Positions 27,062 through 35,833 of a DNA stretch of 64,000 bases are shown here, one piece after another. The notes under the pieces are model-generated. The model saw nothing but the letters and a program-made list of their open reading frames with translations. It was not told the origin of the DNA and ran no database searches. Each line of letters opens with the position of its first letter. Position 1 is the first letter of the stretch. The DNA comes from a virus (Duplodnaviria; Caudoviricetes): the IMG/VR virus record IMGVR_UViG_3300021090_000019, positions 1,368 to 65,367 of that record; one strand, written 5' to 3'. The position numbers and the translations under genes are program-made.

Positions 27062-27343
27062 GTGGGCAGATGGATGACTCAAGCCACCAGGGATCAGATC
27101 CCAGGGCTTATTGCTAAGGGTTATTCCAGAATTAGAATAAGGGCACGTCTCGGGGTAGAGAAGAGGCAACTGGATGGCTACTTACGAAGGTACGGGCTCA
27201 AGCCGATCAGTGAACGCGCGGCCGGTCATGGCCTCGCAAAACTTTACGCGAAGATGGCGGGGAGGAGGAAAACAGGTGGCAAGATTGATTCACGACCCAT
27301 TGACGGAATTGAAAAACACCGGGATGATGCTGAAGGTGATTGA
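27062..27343 (+). CDS. HTH-like protein
   Basis: LIAKGYS...I..RLGV....L..YL. Confidence 0.5.
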   Translation: MGRWMTQATRDQIPGLIAKGYSRIRIRARLGVEKRQLDGYLRRYGLKPISERAAGHGLAKLYAKMAGRRKTGGKIDSRPIDGIEKHRDDAEGD

Positions 27344-27644
27344 GAGAGGGCGCTACAACCTATTGGTGTGCCATGAGAATCTTCCTGGCGTTCCCACGGA
27401 CACCCCCAGAGAGGCGCAGCTCAAGCTCCTGGACACTTTCCAGGCAGATGCGATTAAGCTCAGGCGAGCGCTGTTTCGTGATCTCGCGATAGGATTCTTC
27501 TGCCTGGCCTTACTTCTTATTGCGGGGGTCGTCAACGGGGTCTTTGCGTTCGTAGCACTTAGGGAAAATAGTTTGTTTTGGATCCCGAATACCGCCATTT
27601 GTGTATGGCTCCTTAATATGGTCAGAAAGGAGTTGATCAGATGA
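27273..27644 (+). CDS. Membrane protein
   Basis: Two hydrophobic segments; SD GGAGG near 27262; start approximate. Confidence 0.5.
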   Translation, partial: QVARLIHDPLTELKNTGMMLKVIERGRYNLLVCHENLPGVPTDTPREAQLKLLDTFQADAIKLRRALFRDLAIGFFCLALLLIAGVVNGVFAFVALRENSLFWIPNTAICVWLLNMVRKELIR

Positions 27645-27876
27645 ATAGGCGCTTGCGGCTGTCCGGCAAGGGTGGTGGGTCACATTAAACAATTTGACCA
27701 AAACGAGCCTGGTCAGCTCTGAGGTCGCTTAATTCTATTTCATCACCGTAAGCAGGAAACCTGGGTAATGGGGATTGTTGGGGAACACTCCTTAAGGGCC
27801 CGACCCACACAGGACAGGCAATATCGAAGGCAGAACAGTTTTAAGGCAAGTCCATTGTTACGCAGGAGGAGAACCT

Positions 27877-28662
27877 ATGAAGATGGATCTGGATCTTGAG
27901 GCAGCAGTAAGAGATGATTCACCGGAACAGATTGAGCCGGTCCGAGTCCGCGCCACAAGCCACGCTATTGTTCCGGAATCGACGGCGAAGGCCAGCGTCG
28001 TTCATCCCATCCCGACGGATCCCCGAGACACGGCGCGAATGATCGAGATCGCGAGGATAAAGTTTTTCCCTTACGAAAGGCTCATTGACGATATGTTGAA
28101 TGAGGTTCAGGCGGTCACGGTCAACAGCGATTCATCTCATAAAATCTGTGTCGAGCTCGGGGCCCGGGCGAAGCGCTTGGGAAAGGAGATTGACAAGGGA
28201 AGGGACGACCTCCTGAAGCCCGCCAACGATTTTGTGAAGGGCGTTCGTGCGATCGCGAAGCCGTACATGGAGAAATGTGACCGCATCGAGGAGCTTTCGA
28301 AGGTTAAGAATAAGGACTGGCTGGTTTATCGTGAGCTGGAGAGACGCAAGGTCCAGGAGTTGGCGAGAGTCGAGACGCAGAAGGTTCAGGAGAGAGTCAA
28401 TATCGAAGCCGCTGCCGCTGGAGTCGAGACCGTCCAGATGCCTGTGCCGGTCATCAAAGAGGAAAAGCTCGTCACAAGAACGGCAGAGGGGACAGCTCAT
28501 TCGAGGGCGACGAAGACATTCAAGATTATCAACCCGGCCCTGATCCCCAGGGAATACTTGATGGTTGACGAGCGGGCGATCCGGGAGGCCATCAAAAGGG
28601 GCGTTGAACAGATCCCCGGGGTGGAGATCATCGATGACATCGACATCGTTTATAGGACATAG
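27877..28662 (+). CDS. Recombination-module coiled-coil protein (Gp157-like C-terminus)
   Basis: IPREYLMVDE.AI..AI..G...IPGV. Confidence 0.65.
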   Translation: MKMDLDLEAAVRDDSPEQIEPVRVRATSHAIVPESTAKASVVHPIPTDPRDTARMIEIARIKFFPYERLIDDMLNEVQAVTVNSDSSHKICVELGARAKRLGKEIDKGRDDLLKPANDFVKGVRAIAKPYMEKCDRIEELSKVKNKDWLVYRELERRKVQELARVETQKVQERVNIEAAAAGVETVQMPVPVIKEEKLVTRTAEGTAHSRATKTFKIINPALIPREYLMVDERAIREAIKRGVEQIPGVEIIDDIDIVYRT

Positions 28663-28750
28663 CTCAGGATCCAGCAACGGACGAGGCTTAGAGCGCCGGA
28701 CCAGAGCGCCAGGGGATGGAATAAGCCCATGGGAGGCGAGCGGTTGACCA

Positions 28751-28945
28751 ATGGATCCTGAGTTTACCCATATTTGGTTTTGGAAGAAACGACACCCGGA
28801 AAGGAAGGGGCGCGTTTGCAGGGTGGTGGCAAGGGGCAGAATGAATAATATTCTGGTGGAGTTCTCTGATGGATTTAGAACCGTTACCTCACGGTACGCC
28901 GTGAGAAGAAAGGAGAAAAGTGATGGCAGCAGCGACAGACGTTGA
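28751..28945 (+). CDS. Small hypothetical phage protein
   Basis: RKGR.CRVVARG.MN.ILVEF.DG...VTSR.AVR. Confidence 0.6.
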   Translation: MDPEFTHIWFWKKRHPERKGRVCRVVARGRMNNILVEFSDGFRTVTSRYAVRRKEKSDGSSDRR

Positions 28946-30041
28946 GAAGCAGCAGGCAGTACAGAAGTACGAAACAATCAAGAAGATGTTCCTGAAAGAC
29001 GATGTGAAAAAGAGGATCCAGCAGGTCATTCCTCAGTTCGTTAATGCGCAGCGGCTCTTCGAAGTATCAGTGACGATGCTGAGGGAGAACCAGGACCTGC
29101 TCAAGTGCAGCCAGGAAAGCCTTATCGCGGGGATCATGGGCATTCTGAAGCTCGGACTTGACCCTGTCTTGAAACAGGTCCATCTGGTCCCGTTCTGGAA
29201 CGGCAGGACCAAGAGGTTCGAGGCCCAAATGATAATCGATTACAAGGGCTATCTGGTTCTTGCCAGGAGGTCCGGCGAGGTCGCGGATGTTTCGGTCGGG
29301 CACCGACACGAAAAGGATCACTGGAGGATGGTGAAGGGAACCACCGAACTCCTGGAACATATCCCGGCGGAGGGAGAGCGCGGCGAATACCTGGGATCCT
29401 ACGTGGTCTTCTTCTTTAAGGACGGCGGGAAACCCTCTTTCGAATATATGACGAAGGGTGAAATTGATAAAAGGAAAGGGATCTCCCAAACCGGTAAAAA
29501 AGACGAAGGCCCCTGGAAGGATTGGGAAGAGGAGATGCGAGCAAAAACCGTCCTTCGACATCACATCAAGTATATCCCAGTCGCCACGGAGGATATGCAG
29601 CGAGCTTCTGAACTGGATGATCGAAGCGTGATCGGAGAGACACAGCTCGATCTTCTTCCGGACCTGGGTCTCGGGGCAGAGACCGGTCAAGAGGTAATCC
29701 AGGCGAACCCCGCCGCAGTCTTTGATGAACGCGCTAATAGGCTCATTCCAACGGAGGACTATGCCTTCTGGAATAACTTCCTCAACGAGACGGCCTCACT
29801 GAACAAGGTCTCTGTTGAAGAGATGAAAGCGAGCTATAAGGATGATCTGGAGAAGCTCGTCCAGGTCTTCACCCAAAAATATAAACCCAAGATGCTCGCG
29901 AAGCATGGCAAACCAGAAGCAACGAAACCGGTAGAGGACGCGCCCGTAAAGGCGGAGACCAAAACTGGTGATGCGGCGCCCCCCACTGGAAAGGACGAGG
30001 CAGGCCCCCGGAAGGATTTATTCGGTGGCCAATTGAAATGA
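28923..30041 (+). CDS. recT: RecT-family ssDNA annealing protein
   Basis: LGLDP....HLVPF, IDYKG...LARRSG, PW..W.EEM..KTV. Confidence 0.9.
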   Translation: MAAATDVEKQQAVQKYETIKKMFLKDDVKKRIQQVIPQFVNAQRLFEVSVTMLRENQDLLKCSQESLIAGIMGILKLGLDPVLKQVHLVPFWNGRTKRFEAQMIIDYKGYLVLARRSGEVADVSVGHRHEKDHWRMVKGTTELLEHIPAEGERGEYLGSYVVFFFKDGGKPSFEYMTKGEIDKRKGISQTGKKDEGPWKDWEEEMRAKTVLRHHIKYIPVATEDMQRASELDDRSVIGETQLDLLPDLGLGAETGQEVIQANPAAVFDERANRLIPTEDYAFWNNFLNETASLNKVSVEEMKASYKDDLEKLVQVFTQKYKPKMLAKHGKPEATKPVEDAPVKAETKTGDAAPPTGKDEAGPRKDLFGGQLK

Positions 30042-30167
30042 CCAGATACCCAGGACCTGAGATCGGTCGATTTCTGTCAAGAACATTGTTCCCACTTAAT
30101 GGGCTGCCCGGCCTATGAGGAATGGGTAGAGGAGAGGAGAAAGGGCCAGTAACGGAGGAAGTCAACG

Positions 30168-30347
30168 ATGGATTGGGAGAAAGCTCAGGCATATCTTAAA
30201 GAATTGACTAAGCAATACACGTCTTTATTAAACAATCCGGGGTGCAATCCTTATTTTGCCCTGGGGGTACTGGCTGCCTACAAAATGAGATTAGAAGAAG
30301 GTGAACGAACGCGGGCACTTTACGACGCCATAATGGATATGGAATAG
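30168..30347 (+). CDS. Small hypothetical protein
   Basis: SD GGAGG; 59 aa. Confidence 0.5.
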   Translation: MDWEKAQAYLKELTKQYTSLLNNPGCNPYFALGVLAAYKMRLEEGERTRALYDAIMDME

Positions 30348-30611
30348 ATGCCACGAAGAGCCTACAAACGCCCGGTTGAGGAGGGCGTTATCCGAGACCT
30401 TGAAAAGAACGGATACGAAGTCGTAAGGAGGGGGCTTCCTTTCTGCTTCGCAAAGAAGAAGGGCGGGGGGCCCATGATTGCCATCTACGTTCGTCACGCC
30501 ATGCGGGGCAAGGTAATAAACATTAACTCCGACGGTTTTAGTAAGGCCCAAATTCGGGGGATGGAATTTTTTGAAACATCCGGATCCCAAATCGTCAGAG
30601 TCGGAGGATAA
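30348..30611 (+). CDS. Degenerate VRR-NUC-like protein
   Basis: LEKNGYEV.RRGLP...S.AQ; catalytic D/E/K absent. Confidence 0.45.
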   Translation: MPRRAYKRPVEEGVIRDLEKNGYEVVRRGLPFCFAKKKGGGPMIAIYVRHAMRGKVININSDGFSKAQIRGMEFFETSGSQIVRVGG

Positions 30612-30798
30612 GAATGAAGGATTTAGTCTTTGGAATAATCATGTTTGGGTTGGCCGTGGTGCTGGTTGTAATCATTCTAAGGTGTGGAAGGACGTTGTGA
30701 GGATAGGCGGGGGGCCCGCCATCCGCTTCTGTCACCCTTCTCCCCGAAGGACAGAGTGCGTTTGTCACAAACCCCCCGCCGCTTTTTAGGAGGAAGCG

Positions 30799-31017
30799 AT
30801 GGAAGGACTTGTCATGAAATATTTCGTTTTGACCCCTGAGAAAAACAGTGCCTATGGTCATGCTTCTCGCATGGCGATGATCGCCTATTCTCGCGGCATA
30901 AAGAAGGCAGATCCCTTGCTTGCAGGAGATATCCTCGAATGGGTGAAATTGATCCGGCAGAGAATCCTGGCGGAAGCGGGGCTGAAGCCGCGAAGGGGGA
31001 TGATAAAATGCCGCTGA
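30799..31017 (+). CDS. Hypothetical protein
   Basis: MKYFVL.P.....YG.ASR.AM..Y; SD AGGAGG. Confidence 0.6.
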   Translation: MEGLVMKYFVLTPEKNSAYGHASRMAMIAYSRGIKKADPLLAGDILEWVKLIRQRILAEAGLKPRRGMIKCR

Positions 31018-31685
31018 CAAAATCGAAGGGCAATATGTATTCGTGGGTGACACATCACTGGAGCCCGATTAGGGGTTGCCAGTTCGAATGCTCGTATTGC
31101 TATGTCAAGTTCTTCCAAGAGAAGTTTAAGTATGTGCCACCGCCGGGACTCGACAAGGAAGACCTGAGAACCCACCTGGGAAGGGAGAAAGTTATCTTCG
31201 TGGGTTCAAAGTGTGATATGTGGGGCCCATGGGTGTCTGACTCAGATATCCAGAAAGTGCTCCAACGATGCAAGGACTTTCCCGGGAACGAATACGTTTT
31301 CCAGAGTAAGGACCCAGGAAGGTTCAGGCATTTTGGATTTGCGGGCATTAACGCACTGGTCGGAACAACGATAGAGACCGATACCTACCCGGCGGGATTC
31401 AAGACGCTCGCACCGTCGATCGAGCATCGCGTTGAAGCGATGATGGGCATCTTTCGAAGAAAGTTCGTCACGATCGAGCCGATCATGGACTTCCGCCCGA
31501 TCGGCCTCGTAACGCTAATCGATATGATCCGGCCGGATTTCGTGACGATCGGCGCCGACTCCAAGGGACACGGTCTGGTTGAGCCCCCCTGGGAGAAGGT
31601 GGAAGAGCTGATCCGCTTGTTGGGCGGGATTAAGATAGAGATCCGGCAGAAAAAGAATCTGGACAGGTTGAAGAAAGGGGCATAG
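31008..31685 (+). CDS. DUF5131 (Gp37/Gp68-like) radical-SAM-related protein
   Basis: W.PI.GC...C.YCY, IFVGS..D, TIEP, GA.S. Confidence 0.85.
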   Translation: MPLTKSKGNMYSWVTHHWSPIRGCQFECSYCYVKFFQEKFKYVPPPGLDKEDLRTHLGREKVIFVGSKCDMWGPWVSDSDIQKVLQRCKDFPGNEYVFQSKDPGRFRHFGFAGINALVGTTIETDTYPAGFKTLAPSIEHRVEAMMGIFRRKFVTIEPIMDFRPIGLVTLIDMIRPDFVTIGADSKGHGLVEPPWEKVEELIRLLGGIKIEIRQKKNLDRLKKGA

Positions 31686-31686
31686 T

Positions 31687-32154
31687 ATGGGCCGCTATTG
31701 TGACTTTGCTCTCGCTGTCACCCATAAACACATTGCCAAAGAATACCCTTCGGGACTCGTCGAGTGGCTGGAAAAGATTGAGCCCGACCTCTGGGAGAAG
31801 ATCCGGGCGGTTGAGAGGCACATGAATACCTTGGCCCTGAAGGACGACCGGGACGGCCTGGACGAAGCGATAAAAAAATACGAGATGCTTTGGGCTATGG
31901 GCGCGAGACACCTCAACCGGTGGAAGGAACATAAGGAGGATATCCCCCTGGACGACTCCAGACATGGGCCGCCTCAGCCGGACCCAGTGATACCGGTATT
32001 CAGGATCCCATCGTCACCGTCAGAGATGCGCCATGGGGAAAACCTTGACCTGGGGGCATCGCCGCTTCGGCCGGTAACTCCAGGAAGCGCGATGGTCGAC
32101 GTCGTTGATGAAGACGAAGGTCAGGAGATCCCGGGCCTTAAACTTCCAGAATGA
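31687..32154 (+). CDS. Hypothetical protein
   Basis: Operon packing. Confidence 0.55.
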   Translation: MGRYCDFALAVTHKHIAKEYPSGLVEWLEKIEPDLWEKIRAVERHMNTLALKDDRDGLDEAIKKYEMLWAMGARHLNRWKEHKEDIPLDDSRHGPPQPDPVIPVFRIPSSPSEMRHGENLDLGASPLRPVTPGSAMVDVVDEDEGQEIPGLKLPE

Positions 32155-32164
32155 GGAGATAGAT

Positions 32165-32854
32165 ATGGCCTACCCAGGTGGGAAGAACGGTTCCGGGGTC
32201 TATCAGACCATCATTAACCAGATTCCCCCGCACGAAACCTATATCGAGCCGTTCCTTGGATCCGGCGCGATCCTCCGGATGAAGCGACCCTCGACGCTAA
32301 CTATCGCCATTGATATCGATTCTGCAGTGATCGAAAGTTTTACAGCGAGATCGATCCCTCAAGGGACCACCCTCATCGTAGGCGATGCAGTACTCCTGCT
32401 TCGTGCCATGGAATGGGAGGGCAACGAGTTCATATACGTTGACCCGCCTTACCTTATGGAAACCCGGTCAACCAAGGGGAAGATTTACCGATGCGAGTTC
32501 TCCACCAGGAAACAACACCTCGAGCTGCTAACGCTATTACGAGCGATACCGCCGCGGGTAGACATCATGATTTCAGGATATCCAAACGCCTTATATGACG
32601 ATGAACTACACGGATGGAGGACCCTGGAGTTTCAGGCAATGACCAGGGGAGCGAAGGCGGCGACCGAGAAACTGTGGATGAATTACCCGCAGCCGGTCCT
32701 CCTGCATGACTATCGGTATCTCGGGAAGGACTTCAGGGAAAGGGAGAGGATTAAAAGAAAGCAGATCCGCTGGAGGAAACGGCTTGACAGAATGGACACC
32801 CTCGAGCGAACCGCGCTTCTTTCAGCGATACAAGATCTCAGGGAGGCCGTGTAA
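32165..32854 (+). CDS. Dam-type DNA adenine methyltransferase
   Basis: YPGGK, YIEPFLGSG, YVDPPY, E.LWMNY. Confidence 0.92.
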   Translation: MAYPGGKNGSGVYQTIINQIPPHETYIEPFLGSGAILRMKRPSTLTIAIDIDSAVIESFTARSIPQGTTLIVGDAVLLLRAMEWEGNEFIYVDPPYLMETRSTKGKIYRCEFSTRKQHLELLTLLRAIPPRVDIMISGYPNALYDDELHGWRTLEFQAMTRGAKAATEKLWMNYPQPVLLHDYRYLGKDFRERERIKRKQIRWRKRLDRMDTLERTALLSAIQDLREAV

Positions 32855-33069
32855 TGACCACAAAAAAAGAAATCGATGAGCTTGCCGCCGGGATGCCAGA
32901 GGGGCCGTTACTTAGAATCATCAACCTGATGGCGGGAGAGTTATTTAAACTTCGACGCAGGGTAGAGAAATTGGAAGGGGCGAAACCTTTCTCAACAGAT
33001 TCACCTATTAACGAGGACTCCCAGAGCGAAAGCGGCAGCGCCCAACAGCCCCTGAAGCTGCCAATTTGA
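32854..33069 (+). CDS. Small hypothetical protein
   Basis: SD GGAGG; TAATG overlap. Confidence 0.45.
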   Translation: MTTKKEIDELAAGMPEGPLLRIINLMAGELFKLRRRVEKLEGAKPFSTDSPINEDSQSESGSAQQPLKLPI

Positions 33070-33465
33070 TTTTGGTTTTGCAGTCTCCGCAAGCTTCAGC
33101 GCCCGATCGGTGACTTCCTTCATATCCTCAAATGCCCTCTTCTGAGCCGCGATCTCCATGTCCTTCACGGCAAGGATCTTATCCTTAATATCAACCTCTC
33201 TCCTGACCAGGTCGAGTTCTTTCTCCAGATTGGCAATCGTCTGATCTTTTAAGAGGCTTTGTTGTCGGCGAAGCTCCAGCTCCTTGCGGTCGATCTCGCA
33301 TTCTTTCTCGTTCCGGAGGATCCTCTGGGCATCATCGAGGGGGAAGCATAGTTCTTGGCTTATAGCCACGCTTGCGAAAATCGTCAGCGAGAGCGTTAGG
33401 GTCAGTAGGAATAACGATGTTCGCGTACTCCTTTTTAAGAGCATCGATTTCTGCGTCTTTTTCAC
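33001..33465 (-). CDS. Lysis accessory protein (spanin-like position)
   Basis: Signal-like N-terminus, coiled coil, C-terminal hydrophobic helix; overlaps upstream gene. Confidence 0.55.
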   Translation of the reverse strand: MKKTQKSMLLKRSTRTSLFLLTLTLSLTIFASVAISQELCFPLDDAQRILRNEKECEIDRKELELRRQQSLLKDQTIANLEKELDLVRREVDIKDKILAVKDMEIAAQKRAFEDMKEVTDRALKLAETAKPKSNWQLQGLLGAAAFALGVLVNR

Positions 33466-33757
33466 GGACCAACCTCCTCAACCTTCCTGATTCTTCCGCT
33501 GCAACGGATTGTGCAGCCTTCACCTTCTGAAGCTCCCCGGTCAGCCTATTAATTTCAGCCTCGTATATCTCCTCATTCTCCTCCAACACCTCGATGACAC
33601 GCGACTGGTCATGCCGAAGGTTGTCCAGGGCCATGTTGTAGAGCTTCCGCGTGGCTGCCCATCCGGAGACACTCTGCCACAAGAAGAGGACGGCGATCGC
33701 AGCCCCCACCCACCCCCACCAGGGGATCTTTTTAGCCAGCGTTAGAAATGTATTCAT
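33332..33757 (-). CDS. i-spanin-like protein
   Basis: N-terminal TM plus coiled coil, after the endolysin. Confidence 0.6.
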   Translation of the reverse strand: MNTFLTLAKKIPWWGWVGAAIAVLFLWQSVSGWAATRKLYNMALDNLRHDQSRVIEVLEENEEIYEAEINRLTGELQKVKAAQSVAAEESGRLRRLVREKDAEIDALKKEYANIVIPTDPNALADDFRKRGYKPRTMLPPR

Positions 33758-34301
33758 GAATGCCTCTTGCGATGAGGGCTCCTATCTTCCGGAGCGTCAG
33801 CTCATCTGAAAATGTTTCGGACGACGAAGACTTGTCGATAAACCCAATTTCAATGAGGCAGGCGGGCGCGTTGGTTTCCCTGAGCACATAGAAGTTGCCC
33901 GCCTTGATGCCACGGAAAGGCTCGTCCGGGAAGATCCGGTCCACTTCATCAGCCAGGCACTGAGACAGCCTCAGCCCCTCCACGCTTCCCTGGTAGTACC
34001 AGATCTCTTCTCCCCTTGCTTCCGGGTCCCCTTCGAGATCCGGATCGGCGTCGGCGTTCGCGTGTATGCTCACGAAGCAGTCGGCCCCATCATTGTTCGA
34101 GATGTTACACCGCTCTTGGAGTGAAGCTGTCCGGTCGTAATTCCTTGTAAGGACGACACGGATCTCTGGGGCGACGATTTTCAACCCTTCGGCGACGTAC
34201 CTTGCCACTTCGAGCGTCACATTCTTTTCTTCCATGTCCTTGAAGCAGGCTCCCGGCTGGCTGCCGCCGTGGCCCGGGTCGAGGCAGACTCTTTTTTTCA
34301 A
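33732..34301 (-). CDS. Endolysin, N-acetylmuramoyl-L-alanine amidase (Amidase_3)
   Basis: LDPGHGG, EK, SIHAN, PACLIEIGF. Confidence 0.95.
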   Translation of the reverse strand: MKKRVCLDPGHGGSQPGACFKDMEEKNVTLEVARYVAEGLKIVAPEIRVVLTRNYDRTASLQERCNISNNDGADCFVSIHANADADPDLEGDPEARGEEIWYYQGSVEGLRLSQCLADEVDRIFPDEPFRGIKAGNFYVLRETNAPACLIEIGFIDKSSSSETFSDELTLRKIGALIARGIHEYISNAG

Positions 34302-34326
34302 GGTTCCTCCGAATACCGCCGGATGA

Positions 34327-34443
34327 TCATTGGGGTTTATCTATCTTGGGGTTTACGATCCGTCGCTTCACAGCATACCAAAGAGCGGCGACCCCACAAG
34401 CGACACCAAAAATCCAGACTATAAGTAAGGCCCATCCGTTCAT
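34327..34443 (-). CDS. Small single-TM protein
   Basis: MNGWALLIVWIFGVACGVAALWYAVKRR. Confidence 0.5.
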   Translation of the reverse strand: MNGWALLIVWIFGVACGVAALWYAVKRRIVNPKIDKPQ

Positions 34444-35120
34444 TCGACCCACCCCCCTTCAATATATATCTTGGTCACGTCATTCTTCCCACGAAGCCAG
34501 GTTCCGGTGTTGACAACCTGAAGATCGCCAACCCGGTGGTACCATTTCATGTGGGTGTGGGCCATGACGACCCTGGTAATCTCCCGGAGAGACCTACCCC
34601 CTTCTACCAGGAAAGACATCACGTAGTCAAGGCCTTTTTCCTTGTAGATTTCTGGGGTCCCAAACCTTCCCGTCCTCCGGATCCAGCCCTCGATGTCTCT
34701 CGCAATTGGCTCTATCCCATCAACAAGGTTGGTATCGATCCAGCTTACCCATTTGGTAAGGTATCTGCCGACGGAGTTGCCGTCGGAATTCATGGCATCG
34801 AACTGATGGCCATGAAGAAAAATGGTGTTTCCAATAATATATTTTTCAACGATTGGCACCCCATAGAAGTTCTCCATGGACAGCATTTTGGAGTCGTGAT
34901 TTCCGATGACGTAAACCCGCGCCTTCCTAACAAGAGCATCTATCAGCTCCGTATGCTCCGCGCGAATCTCCCCGAAGCGTCTCCGCCAGAGATCGAAGAT
35001 GTCACCATTAAGGACCAGGCTCTTGTCGGGAATGCTCGCTAAAAAGGAAAGAAGAGCGTTTTCATCAACGCCCTCGCCTTTGAGATAAATATGCAGATCT
35101 GATATCGACCAGAGGTTCAT
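34440..35120 (-). CDS. Calcineurin-like metallophosphoesterase (LpxH-like)
   Basis: SDLH, LNGDIFD, GNHD, HGH.FD, AHTH. Confidence 0.9.
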   Translation of the reverse strand: MNLWSISDLHIYLKGEGVDENALLSFLASIPDKSLVLNGDIFDLWRRRFGEIRAEHTELIDALVRKARVYVIGNHDSKMLSMENFYGVPIVEKYIIGNTIFLHGHQFDAMNSDGNSVGRYLTKWVSWIDTNLVDGIEPIARDIEGWIRRTGRFGTPEIYKEKGLDYVMSFLVEGGRSLREITRVVMAHTHMKWYHRVGDLQVVNTGTWLRGKNDVTKIYIEGGWVE

Positions 35121-35359
35121 TAAATCTTTCCGACGAGCTTATTGATGACGCCTTCCACCGGGACCTCTTTCAACCCGACAAGAAGCAGGGCCATCCCGAG
35201 CCCGGTCTCTGCCCCAATAAACTTCCTCCATATCCCCAAACATACGAAGACCAGTAGCAGAAATTTCACGGATGTGATCTCCACCGCCAGCTTCTTCACC
35301 CCTCTTAAAACAACCTGCCCGAGGGATGCTCGTTTCAAATAGGTTTCCTGACCTTCCAT
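35120..35359 (-). CDS. Putative holin
   Basis: 79 aa with two TM segments, in the lysis region. Confidence 0.55.
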   Translation of the reverse strand: MEGQETYLKRASLGQVVLRGVKKLAVEITSVKFLLLVFVCLGIWRKFIGAETGLGMALLLVGLKEVPVEGVINKLVGKI

Positions 35360-35377
35360 GGCTGCCTCCCATCCCGT

Positions 35378-35821
35378 CTATTTGTCTCTCATTTCCTTTT
35401 TGAGATCGATGATCTCCTTCAGGATCTTCGTCTCCATCGTTTGCTCTATCCTCTTTATCTCTGTGGCGATCCATTCATGGTAATGCTTAAAGAGTTCATC
35501 AACCCGATGGCACATTCCCTCCATAACTTCTTTACACGTAGCGGCGTGTTCTGGCCTTGTCATAATTCCCCTTTCTGTCAGGCCCTCTCTCCAGAGCCTC
35601 AAGCCTAACAAGGCATCTTTCGCCGGGCAGGCATTCTGCGAACCCTTGCACCACTCGAAAAACTTATTGCGGGTGACGTAGCCACCATCGTCAGTGTGGT
35701 CCCTTTCGTGTTCCCGTCTCCAAGCTTCTTGGCCTGTAACAAAACGTTTTAGCCAATAGATGTTTCCGCCAACGAGTAAAGCGATTAACCCCCTGAATAT
35801 CCATTCCCAAGTGGATCCCAT
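35378..35821 (-). CDS. N-terminal TM protein (lysis region)
   Basis: TM plus coiled coil; SD AGGAGG. Confidence 0.6.
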   Translation of the reverse strand: MGSTWEWIFRGLIALLVGGNIYWLKRFVTGQEAWRREHERDHTDDGGYVTRNKFFEWCKGSQNACPAKDALLGLRLWREGLTERGIMTRPEHAATCKEVMEGMCHRVDELFKHYHEWIATEIKRIEQTMETKILKEIIDLKKEMRDK

Positions 35822-35833
35822 CCGGCTTTCCTC

